IMG/VR virus record: IMGVR_UViG_3300006192_000008
Span: 23,456 to 87,455 of that record
DNA length: 64,000 nt
Direction: 5' to 3' (one strand)
Source of the DNA: a virus
The translations under genes and the position numbers were made by a program. Every line of letters starts with the position of its first letter. The stretch's first letter is position 1. Below are positions 17,983 to 27,883 of this stretch, piece by piece. A model generated the notes under the pieces. The model was not told the DNA's origin, searched no databases, and saw nothing but the letters and a program-made list of their open reading frames with translations.

Positions 17983-20166
17983 CTAGCCTCCAGTATTAGG
18001 GTTTTGCATCAAGGTTTTCTGAAGCTCAGTTTGGAAATAATGTACAGTGAACTTCCCTACTTCCTCTGCATCAGTTGCTTGTGTATTAATAACAAACGCC
18101 CCAGGCTGTACCATAACTTGAGTTTGACCACCACCCATAAAACTTTCTTTAGATCGTCTTAGGAAATCAATTCCTGACATTGTAGGAGGAGCTTCAGGTT
18201 TACGGGCATTCATAGCATCATTAGTCAAACCACTATACTTCAATACCATAGTAAGCGGATGATCTGGAATCAGCCACATAGGGTTTGACATAAGCTCTTT
18301 CAATGCAGGGCTATCTTGCGTCATCTCCCCAACCTTTTTAGTGTAAGGAGCTGCAAAGTTGAGAGCTGCTGCACTCAAAGAAAGTACACTGGCTGCTGCT
18401 TCATACATAGAGTCACGAAACGGTTTCATTGCTTCATACATCTCTTTTTGAGCTTTTACATATTCCCTCATACTTGGGATAACTTCGTCCGAAAGCGTAC
18501 GAGACATTTGCTCTTCAAGCATCACGTTGGTCAAACGAGCTTGATCAGCTTGCACTGTACTGGAGAACTCTTGTACTCGTCCCATACCAGCCGCTGCTGC
18601 TGTTTTATAAGCATCAATAATGAGCTGAGAAGTAATCTCTCTGTTGGAAACAGCATCTTTAAATGTTGTTTCATCTTTCCCAGTTTGTTTGGCATACTCT
18701 TTTCTGATATAACCTAACATAGCTGGGTTGGCATCTACTAGCTGTCTATTCAGTTCATCACCTTGTGCATAGCCAAGGCCAAAGATTTGTTGTAACGCAT
18801 AGGCTTGACGTTCCATCTGAACTTGACCAAGGCCAGCAGAACGGGTTGCAATAGACATATCCTTATAGATACCAAATGCTTCGTCAGTTGTACGTCCCTG
18901 AGTAAGCATTTGCTTCATAAACTTTGCGTAAGGGTCAATCATAGGTTCAGCTTCAACGCCAAGCTGATTACTTAACTCAAAGAAGCGTTTATTAGAAAAG
19001 TCTTTCCCGTAACGACTAGACTCACCACTGGCAATATCCAATTGTATACGCTGGCGTTCACGTAATGCTTGACTATTACCTAGAGCGACGCTACCTTGTT
19101 GTACAGCAACACCTGCTGCTAATGGTGCAGCGGCTGCAAGTAGTTGCGGAGGCAACACCCCATAACCGAGGCTGAATCTGTCGGAGAACACTTGCCCGCT
19201 CGCGTGGGCGATGTTATGTGTAGGGTTGTACCCGCCTCCACTACTCACCCTTGGCTTCGTTACTCTACTGAGTTTAACTGCATTCTTTTCACGAATTTCA
19301 GCAAGTTTCTGTTCGTGACGTAGTGCCATACGTTCAACTGTTTGCTGATGTGTTAATCTGCGACTATCTTCTCTTCGCTTAAGGTCAAGTATTCTACGCT
19401 CAGAAGCTTCAACTTGACTCTGTACTTGGACACCTTCAACACGGTTAGACCTGAACGCCGCAAGCCGTTCTTGTAACGACCCCCTGCTTGGTGCTCCATA
19501 GGTAGAAGCATTCCTACCAATACGTCCAAGTGCAGATACTTCTCCAGACACTCTTTGTGCTTTACTGCTTTGGTAGTTGCCAACCCTACCGTATGAGCTA
19601 AATGCTTGTGCATTTTTCCCAATACGTCCAAGTGCAGACACTTCACGCATTTTACCCATGTTGGGGAGGTTTGCGAAGTGAGGGGAGTTTCTACCAATAC
19701 GCCCTAGTAGATTTCCCTCCTCACGAACTTTGTTTGCAAGTTTGTTGAGGTCTTTAATCCTCACGTCAGCAGCTTTGAACATATCCTTATAGATAGACAC
19801 AGCATCTGCGCGGTCACGACTACGAGATGGTAGTGGACTTCTCCCCATTGCAGGGAACAGTTTGTTGATGGATTCGGCGTTTCGCCTAATAACCTTCTGC
19901 TGATTAGTGACTGCTTGTGTCAGTTTGTTTGTTACAATGACGGCAGCAGCTGTCTCTTTATTAACAGCCTTTTGAGCAGAGACTTTACTCTTAGCACCAT
20001 CTACTGTAGTCTTAGTCTCTTTCTTAACGGCTTTCTCAAGGTCTGTAGTGCCCTTGACATTACCTTTAAGTCCTTTCTCAAGATTCCCAAGGAAAGCGTC
20101 AACTTTCTTCTGATCTTGCTTATTTACTTGTATACCTAATGCAACAAAATAGTCAGCAATTTTCAA
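17983..20166 (-). CDS. tail tape measure protein
   Basis: Long helical protein, LQQIF..G..QGDELN.QL tape-measure motif, follows chaperone; TTG start. Confidence 0.85.
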   Translation of the reverse strand: MKIADYFVALGIQVNKQDQKKVDAFLGNLEKGLKGNVKGTTDLEKAVKKETKTTVDGAKSKVSAQKAVNKETAAAVIVTNKLTQAVTNQQKVIRRNAESINKLFPAMGRSPLPSRSRDRADAVSIYKDMFKAADVRIKDLNKLANKVREEGNLLGRIGRNSPHFANLPNMGKMREVSALGRIGKNAQAFSSYGRVGNYQSSKAQRVSGEVSALGRIGRNASTYGAPSRGSLQERLAAFRSNRVEGVQVQSQVEASERRILDLKRREDSRRLTHQQTVERMALRHEQKLAEIREKNAVKLSRVTKPRVSSGGGYNPTHNIAHASGQVFSDRFSLGYGVLPPQLLAAAAPLAAGVAVQQGSVALGNSQALRERQRIQLDIASGESSRYGKDFSNKRFFELSNQLGVEAEPMIDPYAKFMKQMLTQGRTTDEAFGIYKDMSIATRSAGLGQVQMERQAYALQQIFGLGYAQGDELNRQLVDANPAMLGYIRKEYAKQTGKDETTFKDAVSNREITSQLIIDAYKTAAAAGMGRVQEFSSTVQADQARLTNVMLEEQMSRTLSDEVIPSMREYVKAQKEMYEAMKPFRDSMYEAAASVLSLSAAALNFAAPYTKKVGEMTQDSPALKELMSNPMWLIPDHPLTMVLKYSGLTNDAMNARKPEAPPTMSGIDFLRRSKESFMGGGQTQVMVQPGAFVINTQATDAEEVGKFTVHYFQTELQKTLMQNPNTGG

Positions 20167-20170
20167 GGCA

Positions 20171-20452
20171 TTACCCCTTAGCAGATTTCTGTTTTTGTTC
20201 TAGAATAGCCTGATCGTGGGCTGCCTTCTTTATGGAATCATGTACATCTAGCACTTCAAGCATACTATAGAGCTGTCCAATGGAATATTTATTATCCATG
20301 TCAGCTATCAAATGCAAACCACCCAGCTCATGTGTAGCTACTCGGTAAATTTCCCATTTTTGGGAAAACTCTTCAGCTATCTTACGCTCAAGGGGTGTAC
20401 TACTATTGCCACCCGACTCTTTGGATTTTAGTCCTCGGAATCGGGAGCGGTA
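20171..20452 (-). CDS. -1 frame extension of tail assembly chaperone (gpGT-like)
   Basis: Open -1 frame YRSRFRGLKSKESGG...EQKQKSAKG* from slippery C_GTT_TTT_A to just before the tape measure gene. Confidence 0.7.
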   Translation of the reverse strand, partial: YRSRFRGLKSKESGGNSSTPLERKIAEEFSQKWEIYRVATHELGGLHLIADMDNKYSIGQLYSMLEVLDVHDSIKKAAHDQAILEQKQKSAKG

Positions 20453-20754
20453 AAAACGTCTTCAAAGTTGTAGTTCAGCACTGCTTGGTACAAAGAAGAT
20501 AGGTGCATAAAACGTCTAGCAAAAATAACATCGAACGACTGGATTGTAATTTGTTTGTTATCTTTAGCAACCGACTTAACAATTACTTCACGCATTGTGG
20601 CAAGATCACTCTTACCTGTTTGAATGGCTTCTTGGTACTTCTCCATAAACTGCAATGCATAGGATGCAGGGAGTGCAGTAACCAAATAATCTACTTCATC
20701 AACTGTAATCACTTCTTGAGGAAGTGCTACATCATTCATATTAAGCTTACTCAT
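20428..20754 (-). CDS. tail assembly chaperone (gpG-like)
   Basis: Between tube genes and tape measure; slippery site near 3' end. Confidence 0.8.
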   Translation of the reverse strand: MSKLNMNDVALPQEVITVDEVDYLVTALPASYALQFMEKYQEAIQTGKSDLATMREVIVKSVAKDNKQITIQSFDVIFARRFMHLSSLYQAVLNYNFEDVFTAPDSED

Positions 20755-20827
20755 AAATATCTCTCATTATTTAGTGTTGTAAAACTTTAAGACCGTTTCC
20801 ATGACAGTCTTAAAATCTATTGTTTGT

Positions 20828-21334
20828 TTAGAAAATGTTGGAAACAGTATCAATAGCACTGTTAGCCAATCCAGAAGCAGCTCCAAAGATACCACTAAAG
20901 ATGTTGACAATCTGAGCATTACCACCAACAGTGTAACTACCAGTTGTCTGACAGAAGATTCTCCACTGACGATATTCAAACTCACCAGAGTAGACAACTT
21001 CAGGGTATCCTACAATGTAAGCTTCTACAGAACTGAATACACTTGTACCTTTCAGATCACTCACTGTAAGGGAAATACGCCCTGTACCATTCTGAAGGTC
21101 AAGCTCATGAATCCGTGAGAATACATCATTACTCATAGAAGTTTGAAGCAGTGGAATAGTAATCATGCAACTTGTGTCAGCATTTCTTACTCGTGTATGT
21201 TTGCCACGAATGCCACGAATAGGCTTGAAAGCATCTACACTTCTTGCAATTGAAATACTCTGCCAACCTGTTACTGTATAACCACCGAAGGTAAGGACTA
21301 CTTCTTTTGGACTATAGCAAAATACTTTAGACAT
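20828..21334 (-). CDS. tail tube-like virion protein (DUF3277-like)
   Basis: YSPKEV..TFGG..VTG, IT..LLQTS.SN motif shared with neighbours. Confidence 0.7.
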   Translation of the reverse strand: MSKVFCYSPKEVVLTFGGYTVTGWQSISIARSVDAFKPIRGIRGKHTRVRNADTSCMITIPLLQTSMSNDVFSRIHELDLQNGTGRISLTVSDLKGTSVFSSVEAYIVGYPEVVYSGEFEYRQWRIFCQTTGSYTVGGNAQIVNIFSGIFGAASGLANSAIDTVSNIF

Positions 21335-21834
21335 TAGAATAGCCCCAATCCCGGTAGTGCAGAAACTGCAATGTTGGTAATATCATTCAACAAGGAGCTG
21401 ACTTCTTCGTTGCCGCCAATGTTGATAACAGCATAAGCAGATTTAATCACCCACACACGACTATCAATTGCATTGCTCTTTGTGAGACTAGGAATCCCTT
21501 CAATCCAAGATTCAGTGGAGAACAATAAGTCACTACCACTTTGATCTTTGATTAAAAGGGGAAACTTACCCCTCTGAGTAATCTCATCAACTTGCCACAA
21601 TTTAGTGAGAAGATTATTAGTCTCAGCACCATTGTGTAAAGTAATTGTAATTGTATATGTTTGACTGTTGTTATACTTTCTTGCTATTGTCCCATCAGGC
21701 ATCCGTACACTGCTGTAAGGCATTTCATCTTTATCAACAGAGATGAATGTACCATCGACAAACCCTGCAATTGGGATAAATCCAGCAATTAGGCATTGTA
21801 CTGATTCTGGAACATAATTAAACAGCGTGGTCAT
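21334..21834 (-). CDS. tail tube-like virion protein (DUF3277-like)
   Basis: Y.PE.V...IAG..I.GF.DGTFIS, IKDQSG motifs. Confidence 0.72.
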   Translation of the reverse strand: MTTLFNYVPESVQCLIAGFIPIAGFVDGTFISVDKDEMPYSSVRMPDGTIARKYNNSQTYTITITLHNGAETNNLLTKLWQVDEITQRGKFPLLIKDQSGSDLLFSTESWIEGIPSLTKSNAIDSRVWVIKSAYAVINIGGNEEVSSLLNDITNIAVSALPGLGLF

Positions 21835-21851
21835 AACTTCTCCTTAGAGTT

Positions 21852-21875
21852 AAAGGGCTATATTTCAAGCCCTTA
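21852..21875 (-). terminator. hairpin after tail tube gene
   Basis: AAGGGCT-ATATTTCA-AGCCCTT inverted repeat. Confidence 0.5.
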
Positions 21876-21884
21876 TAAGGCTAG

Positions 21885-22406
21885 TTATGCTTGCCAGCGT
21901 GGATCAACTTCACCACCTACTGCGTTAACAGCTTGAACAGCAGCAGCATCCAATGGGGTGTTACCGCCAATGTAGTTGTCAGTATTGAACATGAAGAATG
22001 TCCAGTCACGTTGTTCTGTGGTGCTAGACAAAGTAACATCAGGAGTAGTAGCAATAATCGTCTGACTAGAGAAGAACATTGTCTGTCCACTTTGGTCTTT
22101 AATTGTCATTGCAGCTACATATGTGTTACCATCATCACCTTCATCAGCGCGTTGAAGTGCTTGCAGAACGTAGTTGGATTGTGCATATTGGTGTAGGCTT
22201 ACGGTTACGTTCATAGAACGATTGCGGCGTTTTACACGACCGCCACTTAGGTCACTGCCAATATAGGGTTCACTCGCTGGAACCATACGGGTTGCTGAGA
22301 TAAATGTACCCTCAACAAACCCTGTTACTTGGTGAGTAAAATCACCAACCGAGATAATTACGTTTACAGCCTCGGGACTGTAATTACCAATTAGAATATC
22401 AGGCAT
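21885..22406 (-). CDS. major tail tube protein
   Basis: Directly after sheath; YSPE.V...GF.EGTFIS, IKDQSG motifs. Confidence 0.8.
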   Translation of the reverse strand: MPDILIGNYSPEAVNVIISVGDFTHQVTGFVEGTFISATRMVPASEPYIGSDLSGGRVKRRNRSMNVTVSLHQYAQSNYVLQALQRADEGDDGNTYVAAMTIKDQSGQTMFFSSQTIIATTPDVTLSSTTEQRDWTFFMFNTDNYIGGNTPLDAAAVQAVNAVGGEVDPRWQA

Positions 22407-22424
22407 TATTTATATTCCTTTCCG

Positions 22425-22730
22425 TTATACGCTGAGGAAGCCGTTGATGATGACCTTGCGAATACTTCCCGCAAGACGAGCACGGAATACAAAAGCACCT
22501 GCAATACGTTGAGCACGAAGGTTCTCCGGTATGGCCAATACGTCAGGAGTTTGGACAACCCATCCGCGATCAATAAGACCATTGGCTTCTGCTTGAGAAA
22601 GAACACTTCTAATTTCATTCTCGATAATCAAAAGTCCGGGATTTGTAAGGGGTACCTTGAGACTGTTGATTAGGCGGAAGTACACTGCCTCTTGGAGGCG
22701 AGCGTACAACCAGTCAATACCTACAATTTC
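22425..22730 (-). CDS. tail sheath protein, exon 2
   Basis: EIVGIDWLYARLQEAVY...RARLAGSIRKVIING continues exon 1 in frame after splicing (438 aa total). Confidence 0.88.
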   Translation of the reverse strand, partial: EIVGIDWLYARLQEAVYFRLINSLKVPLTNPGLLIIENEIRSVLSQAEANGLIDRGWVVQTPDVLAIPENLRAQRIAGAFVFRARLAGSIRKVIINGFLSV

Positions 22731-23819
22731 CGTTTATGTTCATGTAAGGTCATTACTCTTACACCGCTTTAGGTTTTCTTGACCAACCGTGATGATTTCT
22801 TTTGCACCAATTTTCAATAATGTAATATTCCACATTACCGTAATATTGTGCGGCAAATATCGGGCTATCAAATTCCAAACCTTCTGGAGATACGAATTTA
22901 TTCTTACTTCTAGAAGAGGACTTGTGCAGGAACTCTTCATTTCTTTCTGCGTTTTGTATAATATTATCATTAAGCTGCTTTGAATTTGCAGCTTTTACTA
23001 CAGCACCAAGCTTCTGCATTGTAAGCAGTTGTTGGTAATTTTCCTCTTGACCTGACCAAGCTTTCATTTGTTTAGCTTTCTCGGCCTTCCACTCATCTGT
23101 GTGATTTTGACCTCTCCATGCGTCATTAGCCATCTTACGAATTTCATCCATGTAACCAGATTCGATACGTTGTTTAGCTAAGTCCCTCGCATGTTTTCGC
23201 TGAGCTTCATTATTGGCTAACGGGCGAATTCTATCCAGAAGACCTGACTCAACATTGGCCTTTCCACGAGCAATAACCTGCTCAACTTCCTGTCCAGCCA
23301 TCATTAGCCATGCCATATAGTCAGAGGCTTTTTTAAAGGCTTTCCAAAGCAATCTATGGGCAAATATGTGTTGTCTGTATGTCAACCTAATAAGGTTTTC
23401 TTTTGAATCATCGCCTCCTGCATGGCGAGGAATGATGTGGTGCTTTTCTGTGTAGACACCAACCTCAAACTCTTGATTCTTGTATTTCTCAATAAACGCA
23501 AAATAAAGTTTTTCGTAATTCATAACTTCTCCATAAGCAGCTCATGCTTTCACGTGAGACCAGACTATATCTTAACGTACAGCATCACCTGTTTACGTTC
23601 TCCCCATTTCGGGTCATTTGACCCTACGGCATTCCTGCCTAGTCGTTGAACCTTCCCTTTCGGGCTTGGCTGCTGATTGTCCAATTTCTGTCGTTTTCAA
23701 ACATTCACGCTTAAACCAGTTTACACAGGTTTTACGTTGTAGTCTACAGAACTTTAGGAGTTTCCAGCAATTAAAGGAGTTTTCACTAAACCGTTTCTGG
23801 TTTAGGCGACTTGTTTCAA
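22731..23819 (-). mobile_element. group I self-splicing intron in tail sheath gene, HNH ORF in 3' loop
   Basis: P1 CGAU|UUGAAACAAGUCG with U.G at splice site; P/Q/R/S-like elements AATTGCTGGAAAC, AATCAGCAGCCAAG, GTTCAACGACTA, AAGATATAGTCT; terminal G. Confidence 0.92.
22759..23523 (-). CDS. intron-encoded HNH homing endonuclease
   Basis: EKHHIIPRHAGG...NLIRLTYRQHIFAHRLL. Confidence 0.88.
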   Translation of the reverse strand: MNYEKLYFAFIEKYKNQEFEVGVYTEKHHIIPRHAGGDDSKENLIRLTYRQHIFAHRLLWKAFKKASDYMAWLMMAGQEVEQVIARGKANVESGLLDRIRPLANNEAQRKHARDLAKQRIESGYMDEIRKMANDAWRGQNHTDEWKAEKAKQMKAWSGQEENYQQLLTMQKLGAVVKAANSKQLNDNIIQNAERNEEFLHKSSSRSKNKFVSPEGLEFDSPIFAAQYYGNVEYYIIENWCKRNHHGWSRKPKAV

Positions 23820-24830
23820 ATCGATTGGCGAACCACCAAAAGTGTCACCGTCTTGGAAGATATCAACACCAGCAACACGAGTGTACATGTTGCAATTCTT
23901 GCCGCGAAGATTTACACGAGCTGTATCATTGATAGTCGAACGAGTTACGCCAACAGCGCGCTTCTTATCCCAATCGTTAGAACCGGGGGTGTAAGGAAGT
24001 TGAGCACCGATCCAAGCAGCTTCTGGGTATTCAGTATCAGCAGTTGGGAGATAAACACCAAAGGTGCGGTCTGCTGTTTTAGCACTGAGCTTATAAGCAA
24101 TGTCAGTGATACCTGTAGTGATTGCAACTGGGTCAGCAGTGGACGTACCCATGATTTTGCGTTGTGCTTGAATCACGTCACTGACGGCTTCTACAATCGC
24201 AGCGTTATGAGTATCAAGGATCAGTGCGTACCAAGTGCTGTTTTCATCACTAACAGCTTCTAGAGCTTCGGGATAGGTTTCAGTTGGCGTAGTAACAACG
24301 ACACTTAGGTTACTGGAAGCTACAATAGACCAATTAGACCCTGGAGTCACAACAGCCACGGAGAATGTACCGTCAAGGTTGTTTGTAAAGGTGACGCCGG
24401 TCACAGGGGCAAGATCATAAGCTGCTTTGAGGCCAGCTACGATTTCTGTTGCAAGTGCTGTGGCATCTGAAGTATAAGTAAACACAGTTGGTGTTACACT
24501 AGATGGTCCAGCAATAGTTACAGTGTATGCAGTACTGTTAGAAACAGTTGCAACGGAACCAGCAACACTGTTAACCTGACGACGGCCTACTACAATGCTT
24601 GGTGGACGAGCACCAACAGTAGTTTGACCAAAGAGCTTTTGAGCAATCTTATAAACTTCATCTGCACTGTCAAAGTCATCTTCAACAGCAGAGAAGTCAG
24701 TGTAAGAGCGAGTACGTTCAGAGAATTTAGTATGTGTTGCAAGTACAAGGGGGATTTGGAAAGACGCAGTTTCTACAGGGGTAGATTCTCGCGTAATCGT
24801 GATTTGAACGATCTGGTCGAGTTCCGCCAT
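23820..24830 (-). CDS. tail sheath protein (DUF3383-like), exon 1
   Basis: IVQITITR N-terminus, YPEAAWIG...PGS..W..K...GV motif; ends ...GGSPID at splice site. Confidence 0.88.
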
Positions 24831-24851
24831 CGTTTATTTTCCTTTATTAGG

Positions 24852-25406
24852 TTAAGGGTTTATTACTAGGTCTTCAGGTATTGTAAAATTGTCTTGGATT
24901 GTGTCGTTGTAAACACCCTCGACTGTAATACCCTCTACAATATCCACCACTTGTTTAGTAACTACATGGTAGGAAAATGTTACGTCTAGATTGTGGTACT
25001 CTACCCAAGTGGTATCACGCTTCTGAGGGGCACGTCTTACTTGACTCTTTCTCATAAAGCCAAGCTTGTTACGAGCAGCCTCTTCTAACACCAGAGGGTT
25101 ATTGTTTATTCTTTGGTAGAGACTGTAAGCCATCTCACCAGATTGACTACCAACAAAGCTTAATTGAGCCATCACTTCATAAGAGACTTTAATAGTTTCT
25201 TCAAATTTGGCACCATTAGCTTCAACAAGACCACTGCTTACATGTCGTCCTGTTTGATCTACGTTTAAAATGCTAACTGTTACATAAGAGCCAGCTGGCT
25301 CATTACCATTGGCATGAGAATAAATGACCAGAGGGTTAGTGAACTCATCCAAAGTTTTGAGAGTGACGTTCCTGATGGCACCACGCACTGTAGAATAGAT
25401 ATTCAT
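24852..25406 (-). CDS. tail terminator/neck protein
   Basis: Synteny directly before sheath. Confidence 0.7.
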   Translation of the reverse strand: MNIYSTVRGAIRNVTLKTLDEFTNPLVIYSHANGNEPAGSYVTVSILNVDQTGRHVSSGLVEANGAKFEETIKVSYEVMAQLSFVGSQSGEMAYSLYQRINNNPLVLEEAARNKLGFMRKSQVRRAPQKRDTTWVEYHNLDVTFSYHVVTKQVVDIVEGITVEGVYNDTIQDNFTIPEDLVINP

Positions 25407-25771
25407 CCTGCACTAATCTCCAGACGGGCTGCTGTTGCACGGTAATGGTCAAGGATTGACATGGAGTAATGTTTTACTTTCATCACTTTATAGCGATCAC
25501 CTTCATAAACAAACTCATCAGCCGACCAACCAGAAGTTCCCTGCTTATCCATACGAATCTCATTGGCACAGTAAATCTTGTACCATTCCCTTGACCTGTC
25601 AGCTTCAGGGAGTAACAGTAAGTCTTGATCTTTAAATGGTTGAATGTTTACTTCTAAGGGTACTTGTGTTTGTGTACCTTCTACCCATTCACCATTAACA
25701 TAACTGCCTTGTGTAGCCCTATAGAAAGTAATAGGTATCTTCTTAGTGAGAAGGAATTGTGGTTTTAGCAT
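25403..25771 (-). CDS. head closure/head-tail connector protein
   Basis: G.YVNGEWV, NIQP...LPE..R motifs. Confidence 0.75.
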   Translation of the reverse strand: MLKPQFLLTKKIPITFYRATQGSYVNGEWVEGTQTQVPLEVNIQPFKDQDLLLLPEADRSREWYKIYCANEIRMDKQGTSGWSADEFVYEGDRYKVMKVKHYSMSILDHYRATAARLEISAG

Positions 25772-26262
25772 TAAGTCCCTCTCTTAGCTGTCTTAGAAGT
25801 TACGTTGGAGATAAGTTGTCTAGTTTCATTCAATGGGTCATCAAACCCTTTCTGAGCGATTGTTGAGTCAGCGTTACCGGGAGTATCCCAAGCACGCATA
25901 ACATCTTTCAAGGTATCTTCAAAAGCTACACCCTCTTTACGGAGGATTTTGAATACATCCCTGCCCATTGCAACTTCAGTGAGGATTCTTTTAAAACTTC
26001 CTTTATCACTACCCTTCAAAAGAGCAGCTTTTAATCCAACCCTCATGAAAGGGCGAGGAGGAATACCAGAACCGTTTCCTTGACCTCCCTCAGTCCCTTC
26101 TTCTTGCCACTGAGCTACTTGGGCCATTGGCAAGTTATCATTGTCAGGGCCATAGCGATTTTCTTCAAACCAACCAAGTTGATTTTCAAGAGTCTCAGCC
26201 TTAGCAAAGGATTTCTTCAGAGCAAGCCAAGGGCTTTTGTCTACTGTTAATTTCATAGACAT
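25771..26262 (-). CDS. neck/tail completion protein
   Basis: IPPRPFMR, NA.STIAQKGFDDPL.ET motifs. Confidence 0.78.
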   Translation of the reverse strand: MSMKLTVDKSPWLALKKSFAKAETLENQLGWFEENRYGPDNDNLPMAQVAQWQEEGTEGGQGNGSGIPPRPFMRVGLKAALLKGSDKGSFKRILTEVAMGRDVFKILRKEGVAFEDTLKDVMRAWDTPGNADSTIAQKGFDDPLNETRQLISNVTSKTAKRGT

Positions 26263-26265
26263 TTG

Positions 26266-26712
26266 TTAGCAACCACATGATTTGATTCTAAATGGGTTTG
26301 TGTAAGAGAACATATTACCATCACACAAACGAATACCAATCAAGCCTGGACGAACATTATCTGGATTGCGATCATTTGCACAAACGTCTTCATAGCTAAT
26401 ACCAGCAGCGTAGCCAAGAACACCCTTGGGAAAGTTTACGGCCAAACTGTCTTTGATGAAGTTATCTAGTGCCACTGTATAAGCTCTGGCAATATCATTG
26501 TATACGTGAATGTCTCCCGTAATTTCCCTCGTGTTTACACTGGTTAGTGCAAGTGAGAGTGATATTGCAGCCATTCTTGCAGCTTGTACTAGATCACCAT
26601 TGCAATAGTTAATGAACCACTGAATCTCTTCGTCTGTTAAATAATCGTGAAATGGATTAGCTGGTGTCAGACCTATAAGTAGCCTGACCACCTCTACATT
26701 AGTCAGTGCCAT
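26266..26712 (-). CDS. head-tail adaptor protein
   Basis: VRLLIG...LTDEEI motif, synteny after capsid. Confidence 0.72.
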   Translation of the reverse strand: MALTNVEVVRLLIGLTPANPFHDYLTDEEIQWFINYCNGDLVQAARMAAISLSLALTSVNTREITGDIHVYNDIARAYTVALDNFIKDSLAVNFPKGVLGYAAGISYEDVCANDRNPDNVRPGLIGIRLCDGNMFSYTNPFRIKSCGC

Positions 26713-27559
26713 TGTAGTACCGCCCTTTATATAGGTTGTATTTTCGGGACAATCTCAGACTCTCAGTTGTGTTTAAATAAAGACTATCAAGTACAGCCTT
26801 GCACTCTTCAAACCTTCCTGAGTACGTATGAAACAGTGCCTTATTCTTAGAGTCTGGTGTGATAGTCATGTGCATATCAGGGACAATAGATTTGCAATAA
26901 ACCAACCACTGATGACAAAGAGTTTCACTGCCACAGATTTGCATTTTGGTACAAGACTCTAGCTTAGAAAGATAGCCATCACCTTCAAGAACACCTCTCC
27001 AGAAATCTCTGTTAAACAAAAATTGTTCTGGGCACTCTTCCTTGGTAGACTTTCTTGGAGCCAGACCAAAGGCAATAAGTCTCTCTGTTATAGGTTCATA
27101 TTGAAAGCCAAAAGAACACATGGAATACGTTTTGCCGGTTCTTTTATCAAACCTATGGCGCTCTCTAACTATATTTCCATTACGAATGTAAGCTTGTAAG
27201 CTTTTCAAAACCTCAACATCTTTCAAGGAAAGTTCAACGCTGACATTGTGTCCGTACTTTGTTTCCCTGAGATTGCCGTCAGTCAAAAGCCAACCATAGA
27301 AGTAAGCACACTCAGGTTCAAAAATATCTAGAAAAGCATTTTCGTTGATGGTATGACCCATCGAAAACCTATTTTCTTTTCTGGTCTTGATTGGTACTCC
27401 AAAATCACGTAAGACTTTAAGAGCAACATCCTCTGCAAACGGCATATCAAGGCAGATTTTTCTGGCACTTTCTCCGGCTTGATACCTTTCAATGATGACA
27501 GGTACATGCTCCGGTTTTACTTTCTTGTAAGGCCAGGTTTCAAAGTTAGGGTGTTCCAT
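26699..27559 (-). CDS. free-standing LAGLIDADG-type homing endonuclease
   Basis: Two motifs YFYGWLLTDG and FWRGVLEGDG, L.RK end; start refined to ATG after AGGAG. Confidence 0.78.
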   Translation of the reverse strand: MEHPNFETWPYKKVKPEHVPVIIERYQAGESARKICLDMPFAEDVALKVLRDFGVPIKTRKENRFSMGHTINENAFLDIFEPECAYFYGWLLTDGNLRETKYGHNVSVELSLKDVEVLKSLQAYIRNGNIVRERHRFDKRTGKTYSMCSFGFQYEPITERLIAFGLAPRKSTKEECPEQFLFNRDFWRGVLEGDGYLSKLESCTKMQICGSETLCHQWLVYCKSIVPDMHMTITPDSKNKALFHTYSGRFEECKAVLDSLYLNTTESLRLSRKYNLYKGRYYNGTD

Positions 27560-27617
27560 AAAATACTCCTTTAGAAGATAGAACCCACAGAATACCACTA
27601 ACCTTGATAAAATACAA

Positions 27618-27833
27618 TCAACTTGCAGCCATCAAACCAGCAGTGACCAGTTTACCCAGAAGGGCGTCAAACTGTACCTTCAAAGCAGCCACATCAGCAG
27701 CAGCAGCTGGTGCTTGGTACGGCATAATGTTGGTATCTGGAACTTCTGCGTTCACTTCTGTAATGACACGCTGGATTACAGTGTGTGCATCAACCCAAGC
27801 CCGTTCTGGACCACTTACATCGGCAATAGCCAT
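27618..27833 (-). CDS. small virion/head-associated protein
   Basis: After major capsid; A.DVAAL...F.ALL.KL..AGLM motif of head-fibre-like proteins. Confidence 0.6.
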   Translation of the reverse strand: MAIADVSGPERAWVDAHTVIQRVITEVNAEVPDTNIMPYQAPAAAADVAALKVQFDALLGKLVTAGLMAAS

Positions 27834-27855
27834 AATCTTATTCCTCTAGAATATG

Positions 27856-27874
27856 GAGGGGCTTTACGCCCCTC
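27856..27874 (-). terminator. hairpin after major capsid gene
   Basis: GAGGGGC-TTTAC-GCCCCTC inverted repeat. Confidence 0.6.
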
Positions 27875-27883
27875 ACGTCACTC

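Noticed and set aside
23618-23932. + strand 104-aa ORF
   Set aside because: Antisense to the intron catalytic core and sheath exon
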